From the IMG/VR virus record IMGVR_UViG_3300044655_001643: a stretch of DNA of 64,000 bases. One strand, 5' to 3'. Origin of the DNA: a virus. The translations under genes and the position numbers were made by a program. Below the pieces are notes generated by a model. That model ran no database searches. It saw only the letters and a list, made by a program, of their open reading frames with translations, and was not told the origin of the DNA. Positions 1-8,151 of this stretch are shown in pieces (within the stretch, counting starts at the first letter, position 1; each line of letters opens with the position of its first letter).

Positions 1-157
1 TCTTGTTAGTATAAATGCAGTGACCTTCGGCACGAAGTTCTTCAATGCGGGCACCAACGTTTACAATACCAAAACGGGCACGTGCTTGTGCGGCTGTCAA
101 AGTGTTGTAAGGACCATCCTTAGAAAGGAACTTTAGAATTTTCTCTTTAGCAGACAT
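1..157 (-). CDS. Small winged helix-turn-helix protein (partial, runs off the left edge)
   Basis: Not in the ORF track. Hand translation from ATG at 157 gives MSAKEKILKFLSKDGPYNTLTAAQARARFGIVNVGARIEELRAEGHCIYTNK, an HTH-like 'T..QA...FG.....ARI.ELR..G' pattern. GGAG SD upstream. Confidence 0.75.
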   Translation of the reverse strand, partial: MSAKEKILKFLSKDGPYNTLTAAQARARFGIVNVGARIEELRAEGHCIYTNK

Positions 158-228
158 TCAATTTACTCCATAAAAATTAGTCGCACGAAAAATAAAAAAG
201 TAGAGGCGACTGTTCTCTACATCTTGTT

Positions 229-257
229 AGTATATAAAAAAAGAGAGAGTGTGTCAA
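229..257 (-). promoter_or_regulatory. Sigma70-type early promoter TTGACA-N17-TATACT for the HTH gene
   Basis: Plus-strand tgtcaa 252-257 and agtata 229-234, exact 17-nt spacer. Confidence 0.8.
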
Positions 258-264
258 CACTCTC
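236..264 (-). terminator. Intrinsic terminator after cobS, overlapping the promoter
   Basis: Minus strand GAGAGTGT-TGAC-ACACTCTC hairpin followed by TCTTTTTTT. Confidence 0.7.
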
Positions 265-281
265 CCTGGTAAAAGATACGA

Positions 282-1478
282 TTAGAAAGGAATTTCTTCT
301 TTATCTACCGTGCTTGCAGCAGATTCGGAATCTTTAGCAATGGTAGTCTCATCAGCACCACCATCAACTTTGGTATACAAGTCAAGGAATGTTGCAGCAG
401 TATCAGCATCAAAACGATTCAAGCAGTATTTAATTGCTTTTGTTTTGTCACCGAAGATACCATACGTTTTGACAATGTGAACCAGACGGCGTGTTGAGAT
501 AACTTCATCACAGCCACCATCAGCAAACGTATTACGAATTACAGTAGCCCAAGTGACAAGTTTTTTGGCAAAGTCATCATCATTCTTACCAACAGAGGAC
601 AATTCTTTTTGGATGATTTTGTTTTCAACTTTCGTTGGTGGCCATTCTTGTTCCATTGTGTTAGGAAAACGTTCAAGAAACGCCTCATTCAACACGTTGG
701 TAAACATATAGCGACCATCTTCGGAACCCTTACCCTTAGTGTTAGCAGTAGCAAACACAGTAAAGCCAGGCGCTGGTGAAACCAGCTCATTCTTTTTCTT
801 TAGCAAGAATGGCTTACCCTCAAGTACCCGCTGTAAGCACGACAAGTTTTGTGCGCCGTAATCAATCTCATCAATACAGAGTACAGCACCCTGACGGGCT
901 GCAACAGTCACAGGACCGTCACGCCATTCCATCTGACCGTTGATCAAAACATAGTTACCAAGCAAATCAGATTCATCGGTATCTGGTGTCATTGATACGC
1001 AAACAAACTTACGTTTGGCTTTAGCACAGGCTTGTTCAATCGACATTGTTTTACCGTTACCAGAATGACCCGTAACGAAAACAGGGAAGAACATATTTGA
1101 TTGTACAATTGACAACACATCTTCAAAGTTGCCAAAAGGTACATAGTTAGCATATTGAGAAGGAATCAGATTCTCAGTCTCAAGATCAGTTGTCACATTG
1201 GCAATACGATTGCCAGATTGATTGGTAGGCTGAGCCAGTGGAATCACTTGTGCAGCCATGTTGATAGCAGCAGCCGCTGCCGGTGCCGCTCTGGATGCAG
1301 CAGGAACACGATACACACCACGCTTGACTTTGTTTGATTCATCATTGACGAACCATTGTGGGATAGGAATACTTAGCTTTTCAGCAATTGTTACAACATC
1401 AACTTTTGTAACTTCAGATTTGCCAGTTGCAATAAGAGCATCAATAAACAACTGACGTTTAGCGGCACGACTTGCCAT
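282..1478 (-). CDS. cobS: CobS/MoxR-like AAA+ ATPase
   Basis: Walker A GHSGNGKT, Walker B LCIDEID, ATANTKG and 'ISTRRL' motifs typical of T4-like phage CobS; adjacent to a vWA partner. Confidence 0.9.
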   Translation of the reverse strand: MASRAAKRQLFIDALIATGKSEVTKVDVVTIAEKLSIPIPQWFVNDESNKVKRGVYRVPAASRAAPAAAAAINMAAQVIPLAQPTNQSGNRIANVTTDLETENLIPSQYANYVPFGNFEDVLSIVQSNMFFPVFVTGHSGNGKTMSIEQACAKAKRKFVCVSMTPDTDESDLLGNYVLINGQMEWRDGPVTVAARQGAVLCIDEIDYGAQNLSCLQRVLEGKPFLLKKKNELVSPAPGFTVFATANTKGKGSEDGRYMFTNVLNEAFLERFPNTMEQEWPPTKVENKIIQKELSSVGKNDDDFAKKLVTWATVIRNTFADGGCDEVISTRRLVHIVKTYGIFGDKTKAIKYCLNRFDADTAATFLDLYTKVDGGADETTIAKDSESAASTVDKEEIPF

Positions 1479-1509
1479 AATATAAACTCCTCATCACAGT
1501 AGAAACTAC

Positions 1510-1538
1510 ATTATAAAGAGAATCCACCACTTTGTCAA
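1510..1538 (-). promoter_or_regulatory. Perfect consensus sigma70 promoter TTGACA-N17-TATAAT for cobS
   Basis: tgtcaa 1533-1538, attata 1510-1515, 17-nt spacer; GAGGAG SD before ATG at 1478. Confidence 0.85.
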
Positions 1539-1548
1539 GCGGTGGATT
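1521..1548 (-). terminator. Hairpin (probable terminator) after the vWA gene with the -35 at its apex
   Basis: Minus strand AATCCACCGCTT-GACA-AAGTGGTGGATT then CTCTTT. Confidence 0.55.
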
Positions 1549-1552
1549 GTTA

Positions 1553-3823
1553 TCAAACTGCTATCATACCGATGAACTTGCTAACCAGAACACGATTGAC
1601 TTGGCGGGATTTGTTGTACTTACCAAATGCTTTAGTCAATGCTGCCGTTGTTTTGGCTTCTGTTTCAAACTCATCATCTTCAACAGTCAGTGAATCACCA
1701 GGCAGAATGAAGAATGATTCATAGCCAGGATTTTTTGATTCAAGAAACTTTTCCTTGCGTAGAATCTTAACATACTTATTCAATACTTCACCAACAGCCC
1801 AATACTGACTTTGATTTAGTTTCAGTTTCAATGCTTCTGCCATTTCTGGATTATACAAACGGCGGCGTAGTGCCGATTTTGTATTTGTTGAGGGTGCAAG
1901 ATAGAAACCAATAATCTTTACACCAGTTGTTTTCACCAACCATTCAGAAACAGCAACACGAAGGGCATCATCATTCTCAGATGAAAGAGAAACTTGTATT
2001 TTACTTTTCTCATCAACAAGAATAACATTCATGTATCGATTAGAAAAAATGCCCATCTTATCTTCCGATGTTACATAACGAGAACATTGATCGGCATCAC
2101 CATCATGAACTACGCAAAGATTCACAATGTCAAGATTGTTTTGTTTGCGAAACTCATCAATCAGTTTTTTAGTAGCAACCAAAGATTCTGACAATGGTGT
2201 ATTAGACAGACCCTCAGACTGTGGCATGTAAAAGCCAAACTTGCTTTTGCCATAGTAACCATACCGACTTCTGCCAGACCAAGCATCAATCAAGCAAAGA
2301 ATATTCTTGATTGCTTTTGTGAACTCGGCATTACCCATCTTAGAGTTTATCATCTCACGTAGGTAAACATTACCAAACGATACTTCACCAACATTTTTGC
2401 TGAATGATTCATCATATGATGTTCGTGGAAAATCTTTTTCACGTACACCATCAGCATTACCAAAACCATATGCTGTAAATGGAATGTTTACTTTACGGCA
2501 GAACATGGCAAGAATCAATATCTGTTCATATGAACCAGCAAGATTATCTGACATTGAACCAGACTTATCAAGCAACAGAACCAGACCGTGTGATTTGCCT
2601 TTCGGTACCCGCATCATTTTCTTGAAGATATTATCGTCAATTTGATACTTGAAAATTTTACTGATATCAATGTCACCAGTCTCTGCGGTTTTAGCCTTAG
2701 AAAATTTAGATGCTGCTTTACGCATCTCAAATTCTTTTGCCAAGAGTGAAATGTATCGTTCATTCTTTTTACGGAATGCAGCATACAATTCATTAGTTGC
2801 AGTTTGATAATTGACACCCTGTGAACTAAATTCTTCAGTTAGAATTTCCTGCACACGTTTTGCTGGAGTGACAATGTTTTTCAGATTCGGTGTAGGCAAT
2901 TTCACATACACATAATCACGTGCCGATTTGTCAATCAATGATGCTTCATTGCGGCGAAAGTTATCATCGGTTTCACAGAACGGCTCAAAGTCATCACCAC
3001 GTACGGAACCAGATTCTTTTTGGCGATTCAATTCTTTAGCATTGTATTCTTCATCACCTTCTTCACCATCTTCTTCTTTGCCAGCAGACTTGAGTTCGCC
3101 TTCATTATCAGATTCTTTATCGGATGATTTTTGTTTTAGTTTCTTTGAATCTGATTCTTGACCATCTTCAGATTCAGCATCATCATCACCCTCACTGAGT
3201 TCATAATCTTCATCACCGTCACCATCGCCAAACTGATAGTCTTGCGGCAAATTCAATTCTGCTAATTGTTCTTTGGAGTAATCCCAAATTTCATTAGTCA
3301 GTTTGAGAACATCTTCCCAAGTTTCAAGTTCTTTTACCCGCTCAACAAACTCAGTTTCTTTTTCGTTGAAAGCAATTGGTAAAGTGTAACCAGACTTTGA
3401 AAAGATATTGAGTCGGTCAATGAATGACATATTATTGATGCTGCGGTCTTTGATGCCAAAGAAATCACGTTCCATCAATTCATTGAAGCCGACAACAAAC
3501 GAACGGCGCAGACCAGGGTAGCGGCGTTTTTGACGTTTCTCGATACGTGCATCTTCAACTACATTGAGAAAGCCTTTGAAGTTTGCGCCACGGTCGTGAA
3601 CAGCACCGTGCCAACCATCGGCAGGTGTGTCAAGGGCGTGACCGACTTCATGACCAACAAGTAAGTCATAAAGTTCGGGTGAAGTTTTGTCCCAGATAGG
3701 AACCGTTAGAACACGGCGTTTAGGATCGAACCATGCCGTTGGTGTTTTGGCGTGTTGAACAGTAAGGTTCTCGGTTGCCATCAATTTGGCAAGCCCAGAT
3801 TTTTGAGACTGAATGTTGTTCAT
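1553..3823 (-). CDS. CobT-like protein: N-terminal HExxH metallopeptidase-like domain, acidic linker, vWA domain
   Basis: HEVGH zinc motif, NVVEDARIE, D/E-rich linker, MIDAS LLDKSGSM ... NTPL ... HDGD; typical partner of CobS/MoxR ATPases. Confidence 0.85.
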   Translation of the reverse strand: MNNIQSQKSGLAKLMATENLTVQHAKTPTAWFDPKRRVLTVPIWDKTSPELYDLLVGHEVGHALDTPADGWHGAVHDRGANFKGFLNVVEDARIEKRQKRRYPGLRRSFVVGFNELMERDFFGIKDRSINNMSFIDRLNIFSKSGYTLPIAFNEKETEFVERVKELETWEDVLKLTNEIWDYSKEQLAELNLPQDYQFGDGDGDEDYELSEGDDDAESEDGQESDSKKLKQKSSDKESDNEGELKSAGKEEDGEEGDEEYNAKELNRQKESGSVRGDDFEPFCETDDNFRRNEASLIDKSARDYVYVKLPTPNLKNIVTPAKRVQEILTEEFSSQGVNYQTATNELYAAFRKKNERYISLLAKEFEMRKAASKFSKAKTAETGDIDISKIFKYQIDDNIFKKMMRVPKGKSHGLVLLLDKSGSMSDNLAGSYEQILILAMFCRKVNIPFTAYGFGNADGVREKDFPRTSYDESFSKNVGEVSFGNVYLREMINSKMGNAEFTKAIKNILCLIDAWSGRSRYGYYGKSKFGFYMPQSEGLSNTPLSESLVATKKLIDEFRKQNNLDIVNLCVVHDGDADQCSRYVTSEDKMGIFSNRYMNVILVDEKSKIQVSLSSENDDALRVAVSEWLVKTTGVKIIGFYLAPSTNTKSALRRRLYNPEMAEALKLKLNQSQYWAVGEVLNKYVKILRKEKFLESKNPGYESFFILPGDSLTVEDDEFETEAKTTAALTKAFGKYNKSRQVNRVLVSKFIGMIAV

Positions 3824-3851
3824 TTGATAACCTCTGTACTATCGAAATATA

Positions 3852-3880
3852 ATAGTATCAGGGTTATGTATGTTTGTCAA
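3852..3880 (-). promoter_or_regulatory. Sigma70 promoter TTGACA-N17-TACTAT with extended -10 (TGn)
   Basis: tgtcaa 3875-3880 (overlapping the upstream stop codon) and atagta 3852-3857, upstream of the vWA gene. Confidence 0.7.
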
Positions 3881-4773
3881 GTCTTGAAATTTGTTACCAA
3901 TTTCATACCATATTCATCGTTACTTTTTGGCAACATGATGTCTTTTTTGTAACGAAGTTCATTCTTCTTGAATGGTGAATAGTCCACATAGTGGTGCCAG
4001 CGTTTATATCGCCAGACCATTCGTGCTACATCAGGGTGCATTCTTACCAGCATCTCAGATTTGTTTCTTGTACCTTCAGCATTCACACCATCAATCCAGA
4101 TATTCTTTTCTAGACCTTCTTTGTGGTAAAACTCTTCAGTGTTACCACCCTTGACAGTTTGTGTTGCTGCTTTACCTTGCAAGAATGCATTGAACTGAAT
4201 CGTGCAATCACCATCTTTCAAAACACGCAGACAAATATCAGTATCTTCATTGTAACGACCACGCCAACGATGTTTACAATTATTATCTATCAATAATGTG
4301 GAATAGATTCGTGTGTTCTTTACATAAGGTGGATAACTTTGATTTGGTGCAATAAAGAATCGATACTGAAAGCCAGAGATTGGAACATTCTCAAATCGAT
4401 CAACGAAATCTTCTGCGGCTTTGAAGATAACACCAGACTCTACACGAATACGATAGTTCTGATGAAGTCTATAGAAGTCAGAGATGTTATCGTCAAGTAC
4501 CCAATGCTTGTCGGCACCGATTGAGATAGAATGATCCCATGCAAAGTTTCTAGCACGACCAGGACCATCACCGTGATTACTGAATGGTGCAACAATCAGT
4601 GTTACATAGTCACGAATGTTGAACTTGTCTAGTGCTTTATCATATGCTTCTTCATCTTGTGGCTCAACCACAATGTAGTGTGGCACTCTCATTCTCGACA
4701 ATGATTTTGATGTAATCATTGTGTCTGAACGACCCTTAGAAACGATATAAACTGGATTCGTTGGATTTGTCAT
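3877..4773 (-). CDS. TAGT / GREB1-like (TET-associated) glycosyltransferase, probable DNA base glycosyltransferase
   Basis: PVYIVSKGR, YIVVEPQD, GPGRARN, WVLDDNI (DD motif), RGRYNEDTD, KGGNT: motif set of the phage TAGT/GREB1-type GT-A family. Confidence 0.75.
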   Translation of the reverse strand: MTNPTNPVYIVSKGRSDTMITSKSLSRMRVPHYIVVEPQDEEAYDKALDKFNIRDYVTLIVAPFSNHGDGPGRARNFAWDHSISIGADKHWVLDDNISDFYRLHQNYRIRVESGVIFKAAEDFVDRFENVPISGFQYRFFIAPNQSYPPYVKNTRIYSTLLIDNNCKHRWRGRYNEDTDICLRVLKDGDCTIQFNAFLQGKAATQTVKGGNTEEFYHKEGLEKNIWIDGVNAEGTRNKSEMLVRMHPDVARMVWRYKRWHHYVDYSPFKKNELRYKKDIMLPKSNDEYGMKLVTNFKT

Positions 4774-5536
4774 TTCTTTTCCATATCAAAGGTTTGTTAT
4801 TCCATATTCCACATTTGATGTTTTCATACTGTCTTTTTTTCAGATGTTGATTGAACATCTTACCAATCTTATCTTGATTCACAATCATACCAGCAACATC
4901 ATAATTTGTAAAGTGACCCATTCCCCAAGTGTTGAATGAGTTGGCAATAATCATGTGCTTCGGATTCAAGTTGCTAATGATATCATCGACATGTTCAATT
5001 GGATTATAAATGTGTTCAAAGTATTCTGAAGCAAATAGCATATCAACTGGCTCTCCAATCTCAGTGATAGAACCCACTAAATTGAAGTTCATTCTTTTTG
5101 CCATTATTTCACAATAATCCCACTGCTTTGTGCCTCTTAGATTTATAGCATAAACTTTTGCTTCAGGAAATATTTGCTTCAGTAAACACGTACTATAACT
5201 TATACCACAACCAATGTCAACAATAACTTTGGATTCTTTGAGTTCTTGGAAGTGAGGTGATTTGATAATTCGTTTGATGTAATCTCTGCTGTATGAAACA
5301 AAACAATTGAACACATCAATGAAGTAATAGTCATGATTGTACACATCATAAATGTTTCTGGTGTCTTTGTTCTCTAGATCATCATACCACTTATTTGATA
5401 ATTCCAAAAAAACTTTATCAGTCTTTCTGATTGCTTTACATTCTTCAGCATCTACTGGAAATAGTTTGCCGTAGTCTCGTAAGAAATATTCAAACAAGAC
5501 TTGTGGTTTTTCTTTGAGAAAATCTATCTGACTCAC
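4736..5536 (-). CDS. Class I SAM-dependent methyltransferase
   Basis: Motif I IVDIGCGISYST; 'DMLFASEYFEH' post-motif typical of small-molecule/sugar methyltransferases. Confidence 0.75.
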   Translation of the reverse strand: MSQIDFLKEKPQVLFEYFLRDYGKLFPVDAEECKAIRKTDKVFLELSNKWYDDLENKDTRNIYDVYNHDYYFIDVFNCFVSYSRDYIKRIIKSPHFQELKESKVIVDIGCGISYSTCLLKQIFPEAKVYAINLRGTKQWDYCEIMAKRMNFNLVGSITEIGEPVDMLFASEYFEHIYNPIEHVDDIISNLNPKHMIIANSFNTWGMGHFTNYDVAGMIVNQDKIGKMFNQHLKKRQYENIKCGIWNNKPLIWKRNDKSNESSLYRF

Positions 5537-5883
5537 TCTTCAATCCATCTCTTCAAAGAATTCTCATCCCTTTCTAGTTTTGGATACCAGATAGACTTTG
5601 TTTTCTCTGTAAGATTCTGATCAACTAATTTGGCAAATGCTTCATAATCTTCTTTGTTTCGAAAATGAAGATATAAGGTCTTGTATGTTTTCTTTTCATT
5701 TTGCTCAAACGCCGGCATACCTACCCAATGTTTTTGCCACTCAGCATTTTGAGTATCTACGCCATCATCTTCATCATCAGATTCACCAAAAAAACGATTG
5801 AGAGTTGGTGGTTGATATTCGTCAGTCAACAACTCCATACAGTTTTCATATGTGGTAGATTCTTTAGCATCAGAAGTTTTCAT
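5533..5883 (-). CDS. Conserved small phage protein (WxGMPxF type), probable partner of the TAGT glycosyltransferase
   Basis: WQKHWVGMPAFEQ ... LHFRNKEDYEAFAKLVDQNLTEKTKSIWYP; overlaps both neighbours in an operon. Confidence 0.6.
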   Translation of the reverse strand: MKTSDAKESTTYENCMELLTDEYQPPTLNRFFGESDDEDDGVDTQNAEWQKHWVGMPAFEQNEKKTYKTLYLHFRNKEDYEAFAKLVDQNLTEKTKSIWYPKLERDENSLKRWIEE

Positions 5884-6448
5884 TTTTCTTTCCTCTAATT
5901 ATTTTCTTTACCAATTTTGTTGCTTTCTGTCTTGCCATTTTCAAAGCAAGAGGCTTCACATGATCAGTATATCTGATTCCGTTCAAATGATCAAGCTCAT
6001 GTAGGAAACAACGTGCAGATAATCCGTGTAACTTTACCTGATTTACGTTACCATTTTCATCAGTAAATTCTACTTCAATCCATGATGGTCGATCAACATT
6101 CAAAAACAATGCTGGATAAGATAAGCATCCTTCTTTGTCTTTTACCACTGGGCCTTGATCAATTACTTTTGGATTGATACAGACTAGTTGAAACTCTTCT
6201 GTACCAATTACAAACATCCTCTCAGCAACGCCACATTGATTCGCAGAAAGACCAAGACCAGCGTACAACTTCATTGTCATCTTCAATCGTTTTGCTAATG
6301 TGACCATTGCGGGTGCTGGATATCCACCAGTATATTCTGGTATTCTTTGACCGAGCATAGAGAATTCTTCTCCGTAAACACGAAGAGGTTCAATTCTTTC
6401 TGATGTCTGTAAACCAGCAGTAGTATCAATTGTTAGAATTTCACTCAT
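5870..6448 (-). CDS. def: Peptide deformylase
   Basis: All three PDF motifs: GLGLSANQCG, EGCLS, HELDHLNG. Confidence 0.95.
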   Translation of the reverse strand: MSEILTIDTTAGLQTSERIEPLRVYGEEFSMLGQRIPEYTGGYPAPAMVTLAKRLKMTMKLYAGLGLSANQCGVAERMFVIGTEEFQLVCINPKVIDQGPVVKDKEGCLSYPALFLNVDRPSWIEVEFTDENGNVNQVKLHGLSARCFLHELDHLNGIRYTDHVKPLALKMARQKATKLVKKIIRGKKNENF

Positions 6449-8151
6449 TTTATCATCCTCGAAAAGTTCTTTACTTTCTCAAATCGAATTGTGTTTGCAA
6501 ATTTATCTTGTAGAATATCACCTTTGTGACTGATCACAAACAGATTTACTTCTTCAAGTGAATGCAGAATCTTCATCAACTCTTCTGTTCCATTATTATC
6601 TAGGCTTGAATCAAACACTTCATCAAGTATCAACAAATTGGTATTGATAGAGTTCTTCAGTTTTGCAACTGCTCTCCATGTGAGCATCAGTGCCATATCA
6701 ATTCTCTGCTTCTCACCCTCAGAGAAATTATGGTAACTAAAATCATCACGATGTCTGGACTTGATAGACTCTTTGAATGATTCATCAAGATTGAAGTTGA
6801 CAAAGAAATCCAGACTTGTCAAATACTTGTTTACCAATTTGTTGATCACAGGCAAATACTGTTTGACAATATTTGTTTTGATGCCAGTGTCTTTGAGTAG
6901 TGATGAAGCAGCATCATAATATGCCTTATCATCAATTAGTTGCTTGAGTTCTTTCTGTGCGTCTTTGATTTGTGTCTGAAGTGTCACAAGTTCGGTTTGA
7001 TCAACAATGTCATTATTTGTTTGTAGATTTTTGATTTCTTTTTCAAGACGAACAATGTTTTCGTTGTAGCCTTTTATCAATGTTTTTGTTGTGGCTAATT
7101 CAATACGAACGTTTGATTGTTCTTTTACATCATTACGAATAACATTCAGTAGAGATTCATGTGCAGATAATTTTACTTGTAATTCTTTAAGTGCCTCATT
7201 GAGTTCATGCTCTTTCGATGAGAGTTCAGTGCATAGTGTTTCTTTAAACTCCACGGTAATGGCTTGCCTACAAGTTGGACAATCAGCATTGTGTTCATAG
7301 AACTGTGTATCGTTTCGAACTTTGGATATCTTGCCTTCAATCTGAGACTCAACTTTCTTGTACGAAGCAATCTTGTTCTCAATCTCAGGCGCTTTTGCAA
7401 CAGTGTCATCCAAACTGGACAGTCGTTCGACCAGTATGTTAACCTCATCAGATAAGGTGCTAATGGTTTCTCTATTACTCTGTATCTCACCATCATACTC
7501 TTTTACCTTCTCTTCATTATTCTGATTGAGTTTGTCTAGATGTTCTTTCTTTAGATCATATCTTTGCTTGAGCAGTTCAATCTCATTCTTCTTTTGAACC
7601 ATTGAATCTTTGTTCAATGACAGTTTGCTTTTTACCAGACTGTTCATTACTGAGAAGATTTGAATGTCTAACAAATCTTCAATGATGGCACGGCGATCAG
7701 CAGCAGACAACTGCATGAACGGTGTAAAGGATGCTGAACCAAGAATGACGATCTGCGTAAAAGACTTATAGTTTAGTTTGAGAATAAACTTCTCTAAGTA
7801 GTCTTGATAGTCTCTAGCAGCCGCATCTTGATTCAGCAAAACCGAATCTTGATATATCTGAAAGATGTTGGGCTTGATGCCACGAACAATCTTGTACTCA
7901 CGGTTACCAATAGAGAATTCTACTTCAACAACACAATCTCTACCGTTTATACTATTTAGAAGATTGGGTTTGTTGATGTTACGAAATGGTTTACCAAACA
8001 AAGAGAAACATAAAGCATCAAGCATCGTTGATTTGCCTGCACCATTTGTGCCTACAATCAAAGTATTTGAAGTGCTGTTTAGTTGTATCTCAGAGAAATG
8101 GTTACCAGTTGAAAGAAGATTCTTCCATCTTAGTTTTTTGAAGTAAATCAT
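6445..8151 (-). CDS. gp46: Recombination endonuclease subunit (Rad50/SbcC-like)
   Basis: GTNGAGKS, CPTC zinc hook, FSEGEK signature, LILDEVFD; paired with gp47. Confidence 0.95.
   Translation of the reverse strand: MIYFKKLRWKNLLSTGNHFSEIQLNSTSNTLIVGTNGAGKSTMLDALCFSLFGKPFRNINKPNLLNSINGRDCVVEVEFSIGNREYKIVRGIKPNIFQIYQDSVLLNQDAAARDYQDYLEKFILKLNYKSFTQIVILGSASFTPFMQLSAADRRAIIEDLLDIQIFSVMNSLVKSKLSLNKDSMVQKKNEIELLKQRYDLKKEHLDKLNQNNEEKVKEYDGEIQSNRETISTLSDEVNILVERLSSLDDTVAKAPEIENKIASYKKVESQIEGKISKVRNDTQFYEHNADCPTCRQAITVEFKETLCTELSSKEHELNEALKELQVKLSAHESLLNVIRNDVKEQSNVRIELATTKTLIKGYNENIVRLEKEIKNLQTNNDIVDQTELVTLQTQIKDAQKELKQLIDDKAYYDAASSLLKDTGIKTNIVKQYLPVINKLVNKYLTSLDFFVNFNLDESFKESIKSRHRDDFSYHNFSEGEKQRIDMALMLTWRAVAKLKNSINTNLLILDEVFDSSLDNNGTEELMKILHSLEEVNLFVISHKGDILQDKFANTIRFEKVKNFSRMIK

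Noticed and set aside
1-234. 13-bp direct repeat tcttgttagtata at 1-13 and 222-234 (HTH coding region and its -10 region)
   Set aside because: It could be an autoregulatory site, but one copy is cut by the window edge and it is AT-rich, so chance cannot be excluded.
282-3823. CobS/CobT as a cobalamin-synthesis AMG feeding the B12 radical SAM enzyme
   Set aside because: No CobN or other cob genes are present. This phage pair is a generic MoxR-vWA system and the name reflects homology only.
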